Source: an uncultured Chromatiaceae bacterium
GTDB lineage: Bacteria > Pseudomonadota > Gammaproteobacteria > JAADHS01
Length of the DNA stretch: 64,000 nucleotides
NCBI GenBank assembly: GCA_964421045.1
Contig: CAYQVF010000004.1
Span: forward strand, 16,846-80,845
Direction: 5' to 3'
Below are positions 42,575 to 54,139 of this stretch, in pieces. A program made the position numbers and the translations under genes. The notes under the pieces are model-generated. The model had not been told where the DNA came from. It saw only the letters and a list, made by a program, of their open reading frames with translations, and made no database searches. The stretch's first letter is position 1; every line of letters begins with the position of its first letter.

Positions 42575-45195
42575 TAGCTTAGTTTTCTACGAACCCACGC
42601 GACCACTGAATCCAGCGCTGCGGGCAAGGCTTCGGGATTAACACCGCCTGCTTGCGCCATATCAGCACGCCCCCCCCCTTTGCCACCCACTTGAGAGGCA
42701 ACATGATTAACCAATTCGCCCGCTTTGATACGCTGGGTGCAATCTGCTGTTACACCCGCGACCAAACTCACTTTGCCTTTGCTCACCGTCGCCAAAACAA
42801 CCGCCGCACTGCCCAGTTTGTTTTTTAACTGATCTACTGTGACGCGTAAACCTTTAGGATCCGCGCCGTCTAACAAAGCTGCCAGTACTTTAATGCCCTC
42901 AACTTCCTTAGCATTAACGCTTAAATCCGCACCTTGTTGACTTGCGACCTTCCCTTTGAGTTGTTCATTCTCTTTTTCCAGGCTTCGTAAACGTTGCAAT
43001 ACCGTCTGGACTTTATCTTTTACTTCATCTCGACTTGCTTTTACCAGGCCTGCAACCTCTCGCAAGGTCTGCTCATTCGCATTCATGCTGGCTATCGCGG
43101 CAGCACCAACCACGGCTTCAATGCGACGTACGCCTGAGGCAATACCCGTTTCCAGAATGATTTTAAACAAACCGATGTCACCTGCACGCGCAACATGGGT
43201 ACCACCACATAGCTCTTTAGAAAAGTCACCAATGGAAAGTACCCGCACCTCATCGCTGTATTTTTCGCCAAAAAGTGCCATGGCACCACTATGACTCGCC
43301 TCATCAAAAGATATAAGCTCCGTTTTTACTTCAGCATTCTGTCGAATTTGGCTGTTCACCAAGGTTTCGATTTCAACTAACTCCTCAGCAGTGACCGGTT
43401 GTTGATGAGAAAAGTCAAAGCGCAGTCGCTCGGCATCAACGGATGAGCCTTTTTGCACCACATGCGCTCCTAGTTTTTTCTGTAACGCAGCATGTAAAAG
43501 ATGGGTGGCCGAATGATTCTTCATCGTTGACTGGCGATGTTTCGCCGCCACGGTTGCCATGACGGTTGCCCCTAGATCTAAAGCGCCTTGGGTGATCACA
43601 CCCATATGAATAATGGCCTTTCCTTGCTTTTGTGTATCTTTAACAATGAATTCACCTTGCTGCCATGTCAACTGACCTATATCGCCCGTTTGTCCGCCCG
43701 ATTCAGCATAAAAAGGCGTTCGCTCTAACACCACAACCGCCTCATCACCACGATTAAGTTTTTTTACTGATTTGTTGTCTTTATATAAAGCAACAACGTG
43801 ACTTTCCAGCGCCATGACATCGTAACCACAGAACTCACTTGCCACATCAATATTCAAATTTACGGAATAATCCACAGCGAACTGGCTGGCGGAACGCGCC
43901 CGCTCACGTTGCGTCTCCATCGCCTTGTCAAAACCGGCTTGATCGATGGTAATCTGAGCTGCCCGCGCAACATCAGCGGTCAAATCTACTGGAAAGCCAT
44001 AGGTATCGTAAAGTTTAAAAACAAGTTCTCCCGGAAGAACATCGCCTGCTTGCATACCGGTCAATGTTTCTTCAAGGATAGTCATGCCGTGCTCAACCGT
44101 TTCAGAAAAACGGGTTTCTTCTGCCTTAAGCACGTCCTCGATTTGGCTTTGTTGCTGTACAAGATCAGAATAAGCCTGCCCCATTTCATTCACTAATGCC
44201 GCGACTAATTTATAAAAAAATGCTTGTTTGCAACCCAACATATAGCCATGCCGTATCGCCCTGCGAATAATACGTCTCAGTACGTAACCCCGTTTTTCGT
44301 TAGAGGGAACAATCCCATCCAATATTAAAAAAGCAGCCGCACGAATATGGTCGGAGATCACTTTTAAAGAATGATTATGCAAATCGTTACAGCCTACTGC
44401 CGTGGCGGCCGCTTTGATCAAATTTTGAAATAAATCAATTTCATAATTACTGTGTACCCCTTGCATAACCGCCGCCAGACGCTCCAAACCCATACCGGTA
44501 TCTACCGACGGTTTTGGCAATAGTTTTACTGAGCCATCCGCCGCACGATTATATTGCATGAAAACCAGGTTCCAGATTTCGACATAACGATCTCCCTCTT
44601 CTTCAGGTGTACCCGGAGGCCCTCCTGCAACATCAGGCCCGTGATCATAAAAAATTTCGGTGCAAGGACCGCAAGGACCGGTATCCCCCATCGCCCAAAA
44701 ATTATCACTTTCGTATTTTTTCCCTGGTTTATCAGCAATGCGTGTGAGCCGGGCTGGATTAATTTTTATTTCATTCAACCAGATATCGGCGGCTTCCTGA
44801 TCCTCGGCATAAACCGTGATCCAGAGTTTTTCAACCGGTATTTGCAAGGTTTCCGTCAAAAACTGCCAGGCATACCGAATGGCTTCATATTTAAAATAAT
44901 CACCAAAACTGAAGTTGCCCAACATTTCAAAAAAAGTATGGTGGCGTGCGGTATATCCGACATTGTCTAAATCGTTGTGTTTTCCCCCTGCACGCACACA
45001 ACGCTGAGCACTGGCTGCACGAACATAGGGGCGCACGTCATCTCCCAAAAAACAATCTTTAAACTGCACCATGCCAGCATTGGTAAACAACAATGTCGGG
45101 TCATTCCCGGGGATCAAAGAATAACTGGCCACCACAGTATGCTCACGCTCCTGGAAAAAGGTCAGGAAGGCCTCACGAATATCTGCACTTTTCAT
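42574..45195 (-). CDS. alaS: Alanine--tRNA ligase
   Basis: 873 aa; class II aaRS motifs and full-length AlaS similarity incl. C-terminal DHHA1/GGKGGGR region. Confidence 0.95.
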   Translation of the reverse strand: MKSADIREAFLTFFQEREHTVVASYSLIPGNDPTLLFTNAGMVQFKDCFLGDDVRPYVRAASAQRCVRAGGKHNDLDNVGYTARHHTFFEMLGNFSFGDYFKYEAIRYAWQFLTETLQIPVEKLWITVYAEDQEAADIWLNEIKINPARLTRIADKPGKKYESDNFWAMGDTGPCGPCTEIFYDHGPDVAGGPPGTPEEEGDRYVEIWNLVFMQYNRAADGSVKLLPKPSVDTGMGLERLAAVMQGVHSNYEIDLFQNLIKAAATAVGCNDLHNHSLKVISDHIRAAAFLILDGIVPSNEKRGYVLRRIIRRAIRHGYMLGCKQAFFYKLVAALVNEMGQAYSDLVQQQSQIEDVLKAEETRFSETVEHGMTILEETLTGMQAGDVLPGELVFKLYDTYGFPVDLTADVARAAQITIDQAGFDKAMETQRERARSASQFAVDYSVNLNIDVASEFCGYDVMALESHVVALYKDNKSVKKLNRGDEAVVVLERTPFYAESGGQTGDIGQLTWQQGEFIVKDTQKQGKAIIHMGVITQGALDLGATVMATVAAKHRQSTMKNHSATHLLHAALQKKLGAHVVQKGSSVDAERLRFDFSHQQPVTAEELVEIETLVNSQIRQNAEVKTELISFDEASHSGAMALFGEKYSDEVRVLSIGDFSKELCGGTHVARAGDIGLFKIILETGIASGVRRIEAVVGAAAIASMNANEQTLREVAGLVKASRDEVKDKVQTVLQRLRSLEKENEQLKGKVASQQGADLSVNAKEVEGIKVLAALLDGADPKGLRVTVDQLKNKLGSAAVVLATVSKGKVSLVAGVTADCTQRIKAGELVNHVASQVGGKGGGRADMAQAGGVNPEALPAALDSVVAWVRRKLS

Positions 45196-45701
45196 TTTGA
45201 CTTCAATTTTTGTTTAAAACAATAGCGGATGTGTTCTGAGGAAAACCCTCTGTAGTGTAAAAATCGTTGCTGTCGCGCTTGTTCAGCGTGGGTTTTTGGC
45301 ATATCCCGGCCGAAACGTTTGCAGCGCTGCGCGCCTGCCAATTCTACCCAGTCTACCCCTTCTAAATCCAGGGCCAGGGTAATTAATTCGCTGCTGACGC
45401 CCCGTTGCTGTAATTCTCCGCGAATTCGTAAAGGCCCTTGACCCAAACCGATTCGATAACGGGTAAAGGATTCGGCAAAACGAGCATCGCTTTGTAGCCC
45501 CTGATCAGCAAGACGATCAATCATGGCCACGACATCCTGCTGCGCAAAACCTCTGGCTCCCAGCTTAAGCACCAGCTCGTGATGGCTATGCTCCCGGCGA
45601 GCAAGCAGACGCAGGGCAATCTCCTGGGCGTGCTTAGGAGATTGCCCGAGAACAGACTGACCTACTGCGACCAAACTATTTTGGCCAGTTTTTCCAATCA
45701 T
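45192..45701 (-). CDS. recX: RecA regulator RecX
   Basis: 169 aa between recA and alaS (canonical recA-recX-alaS); RecX three-helix repeat sequence ([19 protein letters not shown]...). Confidence 0.8.
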   Translation of the reverse strand: MIGKTGQNSLVAVGQSVLGQSPKHAQEIALRLLARREHSHHELVLKLGARGFAQQDVVAMIDRLADQGLQSDARFAESFTRYRIGLGQGPLRIRGELQQRGVSSELITLALDLEGVDWVELAGAQRCKRFGRDMPKTHAEQARQQRFLHYRGFSSEHIRYCFKQKLKSK

Positions 45702-45755
45702 TTTCGTTAAATAGACCCATTACTCGCCTCACAATGCACATCATATTTTAATTTA

Positions 45756-46796
45756 TTATTCAGCAACACTTACATCAGCAGCATCACCTTCCGCACCCTG
45801 CTCATCAGGTAAAAGTTTCGCACGAATCTGTACCTCTATTTCTTTTGCCAATTTCGGGTGCTCTTTTAAATGTTTACGTACATTGTCCTTGCCTTGGCCA
45901 ATACGATCGCCATTATAGCTATACCAAGCCCCCGCCTTGTTAACAATGCCTTGCTTAACACCAAAATCAATAATTTCTCCTTCCAGGGAAATTCCTTCGC
46001 CATACAAAATATCGAATTCTGTTTGGCGAAACGGAGGAGCCACTTTATTTTTAACCACTTTCACACGCGTTTCGTTACCGACGATTTCGTCGCCTCGTTT
46101 AATGGCACCAATGCGACGAATATCCAGGCGAACCGAAGAATAAAACTTAAGTGCATTGCCGCCTGTTGTGGTTTCAGGGTTACCAAACATGACACCAATT
46201 TTCATCCGAATTTGATTAATAAAAATAACCAACGTATTGGATCGCTTGATATTGCCGGTCAGTTTTCGCAAGGCTTGTGACATCAAACGCGCCTGCAAAC
46301 CAACATGATGGTCGCCCATGTCGCCCTCTATTTCTGCTTTAGGCGTCAATGCGGCAACGGAATCCACAACCACGATATCAACGCCTCCAGAACGAACCAA
46401 GGTATCTGTAATTTCCAGAGCCTGTTCGCCGGTATCTGGTTGTGATACCAGCAGATCATCAAGTTGTATCCCCAACTTTTCCGCATAAATAGGATCCAAA
46501 GCATGTTCAGCATCGACAAATGCTGCTGTTCCACCTGCTTTTTGAATCTCCGCGATCACATGTAAAGTGAGCGTGGTTTTACCCGAAGATTCTGGGCCAT
46601 AAATTTCTACAACCCGACCGCGAGGCAAGCCACCAATACCCAGAGCGACATCCAAACCCAAAGAACCGCTAGACACCACAGAAATATCACGCGCCAGACT
46701 GCCTTTATCGCCCATGCGCATGATCGAACCTTTGCCAAACTGCCGCTCAATTTGCGCCAACGCGGCTTGAAGTGCTTTTTCTTGATTTTCTTTCAT
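45756..46796 (-). CDS. recA: Recombinase RecA
   Basis: 346 aa; Walker [14 protein letters not shown]1/L2 loops, near-identity to RecA consensus. Confidence 0.97.
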   Translation of the reverse strand: MKENQEKALQAALAQIERQFGKGSIMRMGDKGSLARDISVVSSGSLGLDVALGIGGLPRGRVVEIYGPESSGKTTLTLHVIAEIQKAGGTAAFVDAEHALDPIYAEKLGIQLDDLLVSQPDTGEQALEITDTLVRSGGVDIVVVDSVAALTPKAEIEGDMGDHHVGLQARLMSQALRKLTGNIKRSNTLVIFINQIRMKIGVMFGNPETTTGGNALKFYSSVRLDIRRIGAIKRGDEIVGNETRVKVVKNKVAPPFRQTEFDILYGEGISLEGEIIDFGVKQGIVNKAGAWYSYNGDRIGQGKDNVRKHLKEHPKLAKEIEVQIRAKLLPDEQGAEGDAADVSVAE

Positions 46797-47308
46797 ACTA
46801 ACCTCATTAAACGGGATTTCTGCGCATCCAGCTCGTTTTGCGTCATGCTGACAAAAGCGGTATTAAGCCGCGCGACCTTAAAGAGAGATAACAATATAAA
46901 TCAATGAATTATCTAAAAATAAAGCCGTACACTCTATTCGAAAACCAGATGATTTCGTTTGTATTAGCATGAAAACAAGAACTGGCGGCGCTAGTATCCC
47001 ATAAATTATGCATCACAGTATAGAGAATGGATAATTTATTAAAATGCCCATCTTGCTTGCAGCAAAGCATAAGATTCGATAAACCTGAAAATTTCAGTGG
47101 GACGTGATCGAGGCCACCTTGATTTACATGCCAGCTTAAGATAGCCAGCGCCATAATAAAGCCAGTGAAGTACGACAAAACATGTAGGATAAACGCCAGA
47201 GTCATTCACTTTTTTCGAGATCTGTTAAATTGAAACATCGGATAACAGAGCACCGAATATGAATATCTTTTCGGCTTGAATAAATCAGCCGCTAACTCTT
47301 CATATTAT

Positions 47309-47488
47309 ATACCCATGGTGTTGTGAATTTAGATGTTAGCGCGTATAGATGTGCCTTAGGTTCGGTTTTTCTGATTGAGAAAAAACGCAGACCTAGTCGC
47401 TCTAAGTTGAGTTTTTTCGATTGAGAAAAAGCCGAAGATGAGGTACAGACGTGCGTGAAAATAGCTAAATTCATAACGCCATGGGTAT
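47309..47488. repeat. Inverted-repeat-flanked ~180-bp element with internal direct repeats, between recA promoter region and corC 3' end
   Basis: IR ATACCCATGGTGTTGTGAATTT (47309-47330) vs AAATTCATAACGCCATGGGTAT (47467-47488), 20/22 (extendable to ~25). Internal ~27-bp DRs (GGTTTTTCTGATTGAGAAAAAACGCAGACC / GTTTTTTCGATTGAGAAAAAGCCGAAGATG). Strong hairpin AGGTCGCG-ttgca-CGACCT at 47511-47530 just 3' of it. Confidence 0.6.
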
Positions 47489-47534
47489 ATACTCATGGTA
47501 ATTGTAATTCAGGTCGCGTTGCACGACCTGAATT

Positions 47535-48377
47535 TCAATCACCACGGGCATATAGCACTTGTAACAATTTCACTCGGCGACCATCTGCATGCAATACTTT
47601 GAATTCAAAATCCTCAAAGGAAATTTGCTCTCCTGTTTGTGGCAAATGACCAAATTGACTCACCACCACACCTCCAATGGTATCAAATTCGGCATCAGAT
47701 AAATCAACCTTAAAATACTCGTTAAACTCATCTAGCGGTGTTAAAGCCTCAACAGTAAATTGTCCTTTACCATGATCTTTTATGGAAACACCTTCATCAA
47801 TATCATGCTCATCTTCAATGTCACCGACAATCTGCTCAAGCACATCTTCGATAGTGACTACGCCCGACACACCGCTATATTCATCAACAACAATCGCCAT
47901 ATGGTTGCGATTAGCACGAAATTCTTTTAACAACACGTTCAAACGTTTACTTTCCGGAATAAACACTGCGGGTCGTAACAAATCCCTGATATTAAAATCA
48001 TCGTGATTGCCCCCCATATAAATTAGCAAGTCTTTAGCCAGCAAAATACCATTCACGTCATCTCGTCTATCACCGATGACTGGGAAACGAGAGTGACCCG
48101 ACTCGGTAATCACCGCTACGCTTTCTTTAAAGGGGGCTTGTTGTTCAACCACGACCATCTGCGAACGAGGAACCATAATATCTCTAACGCGTAATTCGGA
48201 GACCACCAATACCCGTTCAATCATCGTCAATGCATCCGCATCCAGTAAATTACGCTGTTCCGCATCGCGCAACAACTCAACCAATTGCTCTCTATCCTGA
48301 GGCTCCCCTAACAAGGCTTGACTGATGCGTTCAAACCAGGATCGTGAAGAACCGTTACTCGATTGACCTTCGCTCAT
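47535..48377 (-). CDS. corC: Mg2+/Co2+ efflux-associated CBS/CorC-HlyC protein (CorC/YbeX)
   Basis: 280 aa; tandem CBS domains + C-terminal CorC_HlyC transporter-associated domain; ybeZ-ybeY-corC order. Confidence 0.85.
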   Translation of the reverse strand: MSEGQSSNGSSRSWFERISQALLGEPQDREQLVELLRDAEQRNLLDADALTMIERVLVVSELRVRDIMVPRSQMVVVEQQAPFKESVAVITESGHSRFPVIGDRRDDVNGILLAKDLLIYMGGNHDDFNIRDLLRPAVFIPESKRLNVLLKEFRANRNHMAIVVDEYSGVSGVVTIEDVLEQIVGDIEDEHDIDEGVSIKDHGKGQFTVEALTPLDEFNEYFKVDLSDAEFDTIGGVVVSQFGHLPQTGEQISFEDFEFKVLHADGRRVKLLQVLYARGD

Positions 48378-48438
48378 TTTCCTTCCATTTTATGTGACGT
48401 CCCCATCCTACAATATTTTTATATCGGCCTAAATAGTT

Positions 48439-48918
48439 TCACTGATATGGATTATTAAATCCTAAAATTTTAAGGGTTTTTGTTTCGCGGCTTTCCATCT
48501 CCAGCGCGCACGCCTCTTCCTGGTGATCATAACCCAATAGATGTAATACGCCATGCACTACCATGTGACACCAGTGCGCGTTATACGCTTTACCTTGCTG
48601 AGCTGCTTCGCGCGTTACCACCGTATCACAGATCACAATATCACCCAGCAACGGGAGATCAACCTCATCAACGCCTTCAAAAGGAAAAGACAACACATTG
48701 GTCGCTCCTTTTTTACCTCGATATTTTTCGTTAAGTTCCGCCCCTTCCTGCTCGTCAACCACACGAACCGTCAAGTGTATCTCGCCACGGCGCCCCTGCA
48801 CCGCCAACACCGCATTAACCCAGGTTTCAATATGAGCAGAATCGGGCAATGACGCTGATAACGACACGGCAAGCTGGATATCCAGCTCCAGAGACCCACT
48901 CACCTCATTTTCAGGCAA
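48439..48918 (-). CDS. ybeY: rRNA maturation endoribonuclease YbeY
   Basis: Zn-binding HxxxHxxGxxH motif (HGVLHLLGYDH). Confidence 0.85.
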   Translation of the reverse strand: MPENEVSGSLELDIQLAVSLSASLPDSAHIETWVNAVLAVQGRRGEIHLTVRVVDEQEGAELNEKYRGKKGATNVLSFPFEGVDEVDLPLLGDIVICDTVVTREAAQQGKAYNAHWCHMVVHGVLHLLGYDHQEEACALEMESRETKTLKILGFNNPYQ

Positions 48919-48920
48919 GC

Positions 48921-49898
48921 TTATTGTTCCTTTTTTTCAGCGTGTGCATAAGCCTGCACAATGTCTTGAACCAAAGGATGCCGCACTACGTCTTTTGCGT
49001 AAAATTGACTAAAACCAATTCCTTTGATATTTTTCAATACGTCCACAGCATGCTGTAAACCTGATTTTGTACCGCGCGGCAAATCAACCTGAGTCACATC
49101 TCCGGTAATTACCGCCGAGGAACCAAACCCAATGCGTGTTAAAAACATTTTCATCTGTGCTGTGGTCGTATTTTGCGCTTCGTCCAGAATCACAAAGGCA
49201 TCACTCAAGGTGCGACCTCGCATATAGGCCAGGGGCGCGATTTCAATGATATTATTTTCAATCAGCTTACCTACTTTCTCATAACCTAACATGACATAAA
49301 GTGCATCGTAAAGAGGTCGCAAATAAGGGTCGATTTTTTGTGCTAAATCTCCAGGTAAAAACCCTAGCCGCTCCCCCGCTTCAACGGCGGGTCTCACCAA
49401 GACCAGTTTTTTAATTTCATCTCTTTCCAGTGCATTTACAGCGCAGGCTACAGCCAAATAGGTCTTCCCCGTACCTGCCGGGCCGATAGCAAAACTAATG
49501 TCATGAGAGCGCATAGAGTGAACATAAGCCTGTTGGCGCTCACTACGTACGGACACCAGACGACGATTCGTACGCAACACTATTTCACGAGGACTCATCT
49601 CGTTGTCATCTGCTGTCATGCTTGAGTTTCCTAGCTCCAAAATACACATATGAACCTGGCTGCCACTGATCGGACCTTTCTTTGCTTCATTATAAAGCCT
49701 TTTAATTATTCTGGTTGCTAACGCCGAAGCCGCTTGCTCACCTTCTATTTTAAAGATCGATCCGCGATGATTGACGACCACACCCAGTGCTTGCTCAACT
49801 TGCCGCAAGTGTTCATCAAACTGGCCACAGAGATAAGCCAGGCTTTGGTTATCAGCAGGGGCGACACTAAATTCAGGTATGGGTAACGATGTATTCAA
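48921..49898 (-). CDS. ybeZ: PhoH-like ATPase (YbeZ)
   Basis: 325 aa; Walker A GPAGTGKTYLA; PhoH family, conserved position before ybeY. Confidence 0.9.
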   Translation of the reverse strand: MNTSLPIPEFSVAPADNQSLAYLCGQFDEHLRQVEQALGVVVNHRGSIFKIEGEQAASALATRIIKRLYNEAKKGPISGSQVHMCILELGNSSMTADDNEMSPREIVLRTNRRLVSVRSERQQAYVHSMRSHDISFAIGPAGTGKTYLAVACAVNALERDEIKKLVLVRPAVEAGERLGFLPGDLAQKIDPYLRPLYDALYVMLGYEKVGKLIENNIIEIAPLAYMRGRTLSDAFVILDEAQNTTTAQMKMFLTRIGFGSSAVITGDVTQVDLPRGTKSGLQHAVDVLKNIKGIGFSQFYAKDVVRHPLVQDIVQAYAHAEKKEQ

Positions 49899-49900
49899 AA

Positions 49901-51265
49901 TTACAGACCGGCCTTACGAGTCAAAGATTCTGAATCACAGGCACGATCAAGTACGCCTCGTAAAGAATTGGGCAACGCTTCCGTTATTCGCACCTCGACA
50001 AATTGACCAATGAGGTGTTCAGACCCAGCAAAATTAACAACCCGGTTATTTTCGGTACGCCCAGAGATTTCGCTTGCATCTTTGCGAGAATGACCTCCAA
50101 CTAAAACTCGCTGCGTCGTCCCAACCATCTGTTGACTGATTTCGGCCGCAAACGCGCTAATGCGTGCTTGCAAATGAGCCAGTCGTTCTTTTTTGATTAC
50201 CATAGACACATCATCCGGTAAATCTGCAGCGGGTGTTCCAGGGCGCGGACTATAAATAAAACTAAAGGAATGGTCAAATTTCACCGCGTCTATCAATGAC
50301 ATCGTTGCCTCGAAATCTTCCGTCGTTTCTCCTGGAAAACCAATAATAAAATCAGAGGATAAGCTGATGTCAGGGCGCACTGAACGTAGCTTGCGAATTT
50401 TCGCTTTAAATTCAAGAATAGTATAGCCTCGTTTCATCAAAGCTAAAATTCGGTCTGAACCACTCTGCACCGGCAAGTGCAAATGACTGACCAAGGCGGG
50501 CACTTCCTGATAAACAGCCACCAGACTATCAGAAAATTCTACCGGGTGAGAGGTCGTAAAACGAATTCTATCGATGCCCTCTATGGCGGCTACATAACTG
50601 ATTAACAAAGCTAAATCGGCATCGCCACCATCATGCAAGACACCGCGGTAAGCGTTCACATTCTGCCCCAGCAAATTCACTTCTCTGACCCCTTGCCGGG
50701 CGAGCTCCACAACTTCATGAATAATATCATCGACCGGCCGACTTATTTCTTCCCCTCGGGTGTAAGGAACAACACAAAAAGTGCAGTACTTACTACAACC
50801 TTCCATAATAGAGACATAAGCGCTCACACCCTGCGCCTGAGGTCTGGGCAAATGATCAAATTTTTCAATTTCAGGAAACGAAATATCGATCACGGGGATT
50901 CGTTGTTCCTGGGCTTTTGTTAGCATGTCAGGCAATCGATGCAAGGTCTGAGGCCCAAAAACCAGGTCAACATACGGCGCACGTTTACGAATTTGTTCTC
51001 CTTCCTGGCTCGCAACACACCCCCCTACGCCAATCACCAAATGAGGGTTTTTCAGCTTCATCTGACGCCAGCGACCCAACTGAGAAAACACTTTTTCTGC
51101 CGCTTTTTCTCGAATTGAACAGGTATTGAGCAACAGCACATCGGCATCTTCAGCGACACGCACTAACTCTAATTGATGTGATTCTTTTAATATATCCGCC
51201 ATTTTATCCGAATCATATTCGTTCATTTGGCAGCCAAACGTTTTAATAAACAACTTTTGCGTCAT
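49901..51265 (-). CDS. miaB: tRNA-2-methylthio-N6-dimethylallyladenosine synthase MiaB
   Basis: N-terminus [19 protein letters not shown] (MTTase UPF0004 Cys triad), radical-SAM CxxxCxxC (CSKYCTFC), TRAM domain; longest ORF extends to 51337. Confidence 0.9.
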   Translation of the reverse strand: MTQKLFIKTFGCQMNEYDSDKMADILKESHQLELVRVAEDADVLLLNTCSIREKAAEKVFSQLGRWRQMKLKNPHLVIGVGGCVASQEGEQIRKRAPYVDLVFGPQTLHRLPDMLTKAQEQRIPVIDISFPEIEKFDHLPRPQAQGVSAYVSIMEGCSKYCTFCVVPYTRGEEISRPVDDIIHEVVELARQGVREVNLLGQNVNAYRGVLHDGGDADLALLISYVAAIEGIDRIRFTTSHPVEFSDSLVAVYQEVPALVSHLHLPVQSGSDRILALMKRGYTILEFKAKIRKLRSVRPDISLSSDFIIGFPGETTEDFEATMSLIDAVKFDHSFSFIYSPRPGTPAADLPDDVSMVIKKERLAHLQARISAFAAEISQQMVGTTQRVLVGGHSRKDASEISGRTENNRVVNFAGSEHLIGQFVEVRITEALPNSLRGVLDRACDSESLTRKAGL

Positions 51266-51560
51266 TAATTTAAGCTTTTTTAAAAATTCTAGGTGATTAT
51301 AACGTAGCCATACCGGTTTTGTTGAGCACATCTTCAATCAAACTTGGAAATACGTGCTTATTCGTGTCATTATGCATCTAGGTCTCTGATTGGTCTTAAC
51401 GTTTGGCTTTAGACACCTACATTATACCTTTCGTGAGACCTTCTTTGTTTTATTTATTAGTTAGATAGTCGTTGTCTCATTATGAACTTTAACTCCGAAA
51501 CTTGAGATAAAAACCCAAGCACTTTATTTAGGTATTACAATTATCCCAAACAGGTATAAT

Positions 51561-52382
51561 ATGAAAACTATAAAAATAGCACTTGTAGCTTCACTTACTT
51601 TCAGTGCAAATTTATACGCCGGATGGCAAGATCAGCTCGATGGACTTCTTGAAAAAACAAAAGAAATCAACCCTGTAACAAGTTCAGACTCTAACAAAAA
51701 CAAGACGGTATCAACCCTTTCAAACAGTGATATGAGCGGCGCCTTAAAAGAGGCACTTGCAAAGGGTGTTAAATTTGCGGTGACAGGTCTTGGCAAAAAA
51801 GGCGGCTACCTAAATAACCCCTTGGTCACCATCCCCCTTCCCAAAAACATGAAAACAGCTGAAAAATTGATGCGAAAAGCTGGCGGAGAAAAATATGTAG
51901 ATGATTTGATTCTTGCATTAAATAGAGCAGCAGAAGAAGCCGCACCAAAAACCGCAGAAGTTTTTTTAAATTCAATCAAAAATATGAGCATCACCGACGC
52001 TAAAAATATTTTGGCCGGTAGTGATGATGCTGCAACGCAGTATTTTAAAACAAACAGCACAAACAACCTAACAACAATAGTGACACCTATTGTCAAAAAA
52101 AGCATGAAAAATAATAACATAGCCAAGTACTACAATTCATTTCAATCGTTTTACAAAAAGAATGCCGGTATTTTACAAAATGATACCGTCTCATCATTAA
52201 CAAGCAAGTTTGGTGTTGATGATTATCTGCCCGGCCAAAAAGACGAAAATATCGAAAGCTATGTAACTAACAAGTCCATCGAAGGCTTAATGACGATGAT
52301 TGCAAAAAAAGAAAAAGAAATCAGAGATAACCCTATCATGCGAAACAGCGATCTTTTGAAAAAAGTCTTTGGCGCATTTTAA
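51561..52382 (+). CDS. Secreted protein, probably DUF4197 family
   Basis: 273 aa; signal peptide; Ala/Lys-rich helical sequence with IPLP and AATQYF elements that I recall from DUF4197; low-certainty family call. Confidence 0.45.
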   Translation: MKTIKIALVASLTFSANLYAGWQDQLDGLLEKTKEINPVTSSDSNKNKTVSTLSNSDMSGALKEALAKGVKFAVTGLGKKGGYLNNPLVTIPLPKNMKTAEKLMRKAGGEKYVDDLILALNRAAEEAAPKTAEVFLNSIKNMSITDAKNILAGSDDAATQYFKTNSTNNLTTIVTPIVKKSMKNNNIAKYYNSFQSFYKKNAGILQNDTVSSLTSKFGVDDYLPGQKDENIESYVTNKSIEGLMTMIAKKEKEIRDNPIMRNSDLLKKVFGAF

Positions 52383-52522
52383 AATATTTTCAGTAACAAA
52401 TACATTATAACGTCCTTGTTTAAAATTCAGGTTTTGTTTGTATTGTCTAATCGTCTTCTCAGAGAAAGAAAGCGACTCATATCAGGAGAGCCAACCGAAA
52501 AGCTAAAACAGAGTCGTTATGA

Positions 52523-52546
52523 CTAAGGAACGTGCACGTTCCTTAG
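52523..52546. repeat. Perfect 24-bp palindrome CTAAGGAACGTG|CACGTTCCTTAG overlapping stop codon of sigma-54 regulator
   Basis: Exact 12+12 reverse-complement symmetry read directly; lies between convergent genes (51561-52382 + and 52543-53877 -); no flanking T-run. Confidence 0.8.
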
Positions 52547-53877
52547 TTACCCGCTTGCTCAATTTTTCTATATAACGTCCGCTCACTGATTCCGAGCTGC
52601 CTGGCGAGAGACCGTTTATCTCCAGAGTAGTGTACGAGCACCCAGCGTAAGTAATTTTTCTCCATCTCGTCCAGAGAAATTATTTCACCTTGCCAGGAAA
52701 CTGGGGATTCTCTTTTTAGAAGGTTTTTCTGGTCTTGAAACTCATCGGGTAAATGCTCTACTCTGATCATTTCACCGCTTGCCATTAAATGAGCCCACTC
52801 CAGCACATTGCGCAGCTCTCTGATATTGCCATGATATTCATGCGTTTTTAGCAACTGCAATGCTTGAGCATCAACAGCAGGTGGACTGTCCCCGTGAATG
52901 CGTTTCAACAAGGCTTCGACTAACAGCGGAATATCTTCTACACGGTCACGCAACGGGGGCAGGTGAATGGGAAAACTACTGATGCGGTAATAAAGGTCTT
53001 GCCGAAACGCTCCGCTTTTTACCATAGCCTTCAGATCACGGTGCGTGGCACAGATCAGACGAAACTCTGCCTTGCGAGGATCCGGACAGCCAACACGCCG
53101 GTATGTTCCGGTTTCGAGCAAGCGCAACAACTTAACTTGCAGACTGAGCGGAATATCACCCACCTCATCGAGAAACAACGTGCCACCGATTGCGGTTTCT
53201 ACCAACCCTGGCTTGCTATTGCTCGCACCGGTGAACGCTCCCTTTTCATGACCGAACAATTCACTTTCAAATAACGATTCTGAAAGTCCGGAGCATTCCA
53301 AGGGAACCAACGCTGCTTTAGCTTGCGAACCACCTTCGTGAATCGCTTGAGCGACTAATTCCTTTCCTGTACCCGATTCACCCAGCAATAACACATTAAT
53401 ATCGCTGGGTGCTACCCGCTGTATTAACTCCACCATTTTATTGAAGCGTGGAGACCGTCCCACCAGACCAGATTCGAGGGGCTTGCTACTGGCGCTCTTC
53501 GTCGCACGCAGCAACTCAATCAAGTAAATGATGTTACCTGAAGAATCTTTTATCGGAAAAGTTTCAACATCAACATGCTCTTCACCATGTGGCGTATGGT
53601 GCAGGTGTAATACTCGTTGGCTATGACCCGTAGCAATGGCATTTTTAAGCGGACAGGTTTCGCCCGCCTGATCACAAGGTACCCGATAACCATGGGAAAC
53701 TTCATAACAATAACGATGTTCTGCTGCAGGTTCCTCACCATATAAGCGCCGGTAAGCCGCGTTGGCTGCAACAATATGGTAGTCCACGCTCAAGATAATA
53801 GCCGGCATTTGGAAGTACTCCAAAACCGACAACAGTTGCGATGACGGCGGCGTAAAGACCGATGCCTGATTTTTCAT
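52543..53877 (-). CDS. Sigma-54-dependent transcriptional activator with N-terminal Cys/His-rich PAS-like sensor (no receiver domain)
   Basis: 444 aa; AAA+ sigma-54 interaction domain ([21 protein letters not shown]), C-terminal Fis-type HTH ([18 protein letters not shown]); N-terminal ~130 aa with four Cys ([23 protein letters not shown]) and His cluster ([11 protein letters not shown]). Confidence 0.8.
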   Translation of the reverse strand: MKNQASVFTPPSSQLLSVLEYFQMPAIILSVDYHIVAANAAYRRLYGEEPAAEHRYCYEVSHGYRVPCDQAGETCPLKNAIATGHSQRVLHLHHTPHGEEHVDVETFPIKDSSGNIIYLIELLRATKSASSKPLESGLVGRSPRFNKMVELIQRVAPSDINVLLLGESGTGKELVAQAIHEGGSQAKAALVPLECSGLSESLFESELFGHEKGAFTGASNSKPGLVETAIGGTLFLDEVGDIPLSLQVKLLRLLETGTYRRVGCPDPRKAEFRLICATHRDLKAMVKSGAFRQDLYYRISSFPIHLPPLRDRVEDIPLLVEALLKRIHGDSPPAVDAQALQLLKTHEYHGNIRELRNVLEWAHLMASGEMIRVEHLPDEFQDQKNLLKRESPVSWQGEIISLDEMEKNYLRWVLVHYSGDKRSLARQLGISERTLYRKIEQAGN

Positions 53878-54054
53878 TCACTTCCGTGTCAATAATGACC
53901 ATTTATATAACAGATTATGTCATATTTGGCGTAACTGTTATACTCTTTTTCAGCATTTGTCTTCTACCATCGCCATCGCTATATTTTGGAATGGAGAGCT
54001 GAAAAACCCCTCTGACTAAAGAATGAGAATAAAATAACTTGCGCATCCATTCAG

Positions 54055-54126
54055 CAGTCAATCAAAACGTTCAAATAGAAACCGAATTTGTGCGCCACTT
54101 GCATAAGTTATTTAATTTTCATTCCT
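54055..54126 (+). repeat. Copy 1 of ~72-bp direct repeat, immediately upstream of Crp-family gene
   Basis: CAATCAAAACGTTCAAATAGAAACCGAATTTGTGCGCCACTTGCATAAGTTATTTAATTTTCATTCCT; ~90% identical to copy at 55275-55346. Confidence 0.8.
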
Positions 54127-54139
54127 AAACCGTTAAGTC

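Noticed and set aside
46797-46910. LexA (SOS) box upstream of recA
   Set aside because: No CTGT-N8-ACAG palindrome seen on either strand in the ~110 bp upstream of recA; cannot assert a LexA operator.
46909-47205. 98-aa minus-strand ORF and a 26-aa plus-strand CPSC-containing peptide (MDNLLKCPSCLQQSIRFDKPENFSGT) in the recA-corC gap
   Set aside because: No SD/start context or recognisable family; AT-rich intergenic DNA readily yields such ORFs. Left uncalled.
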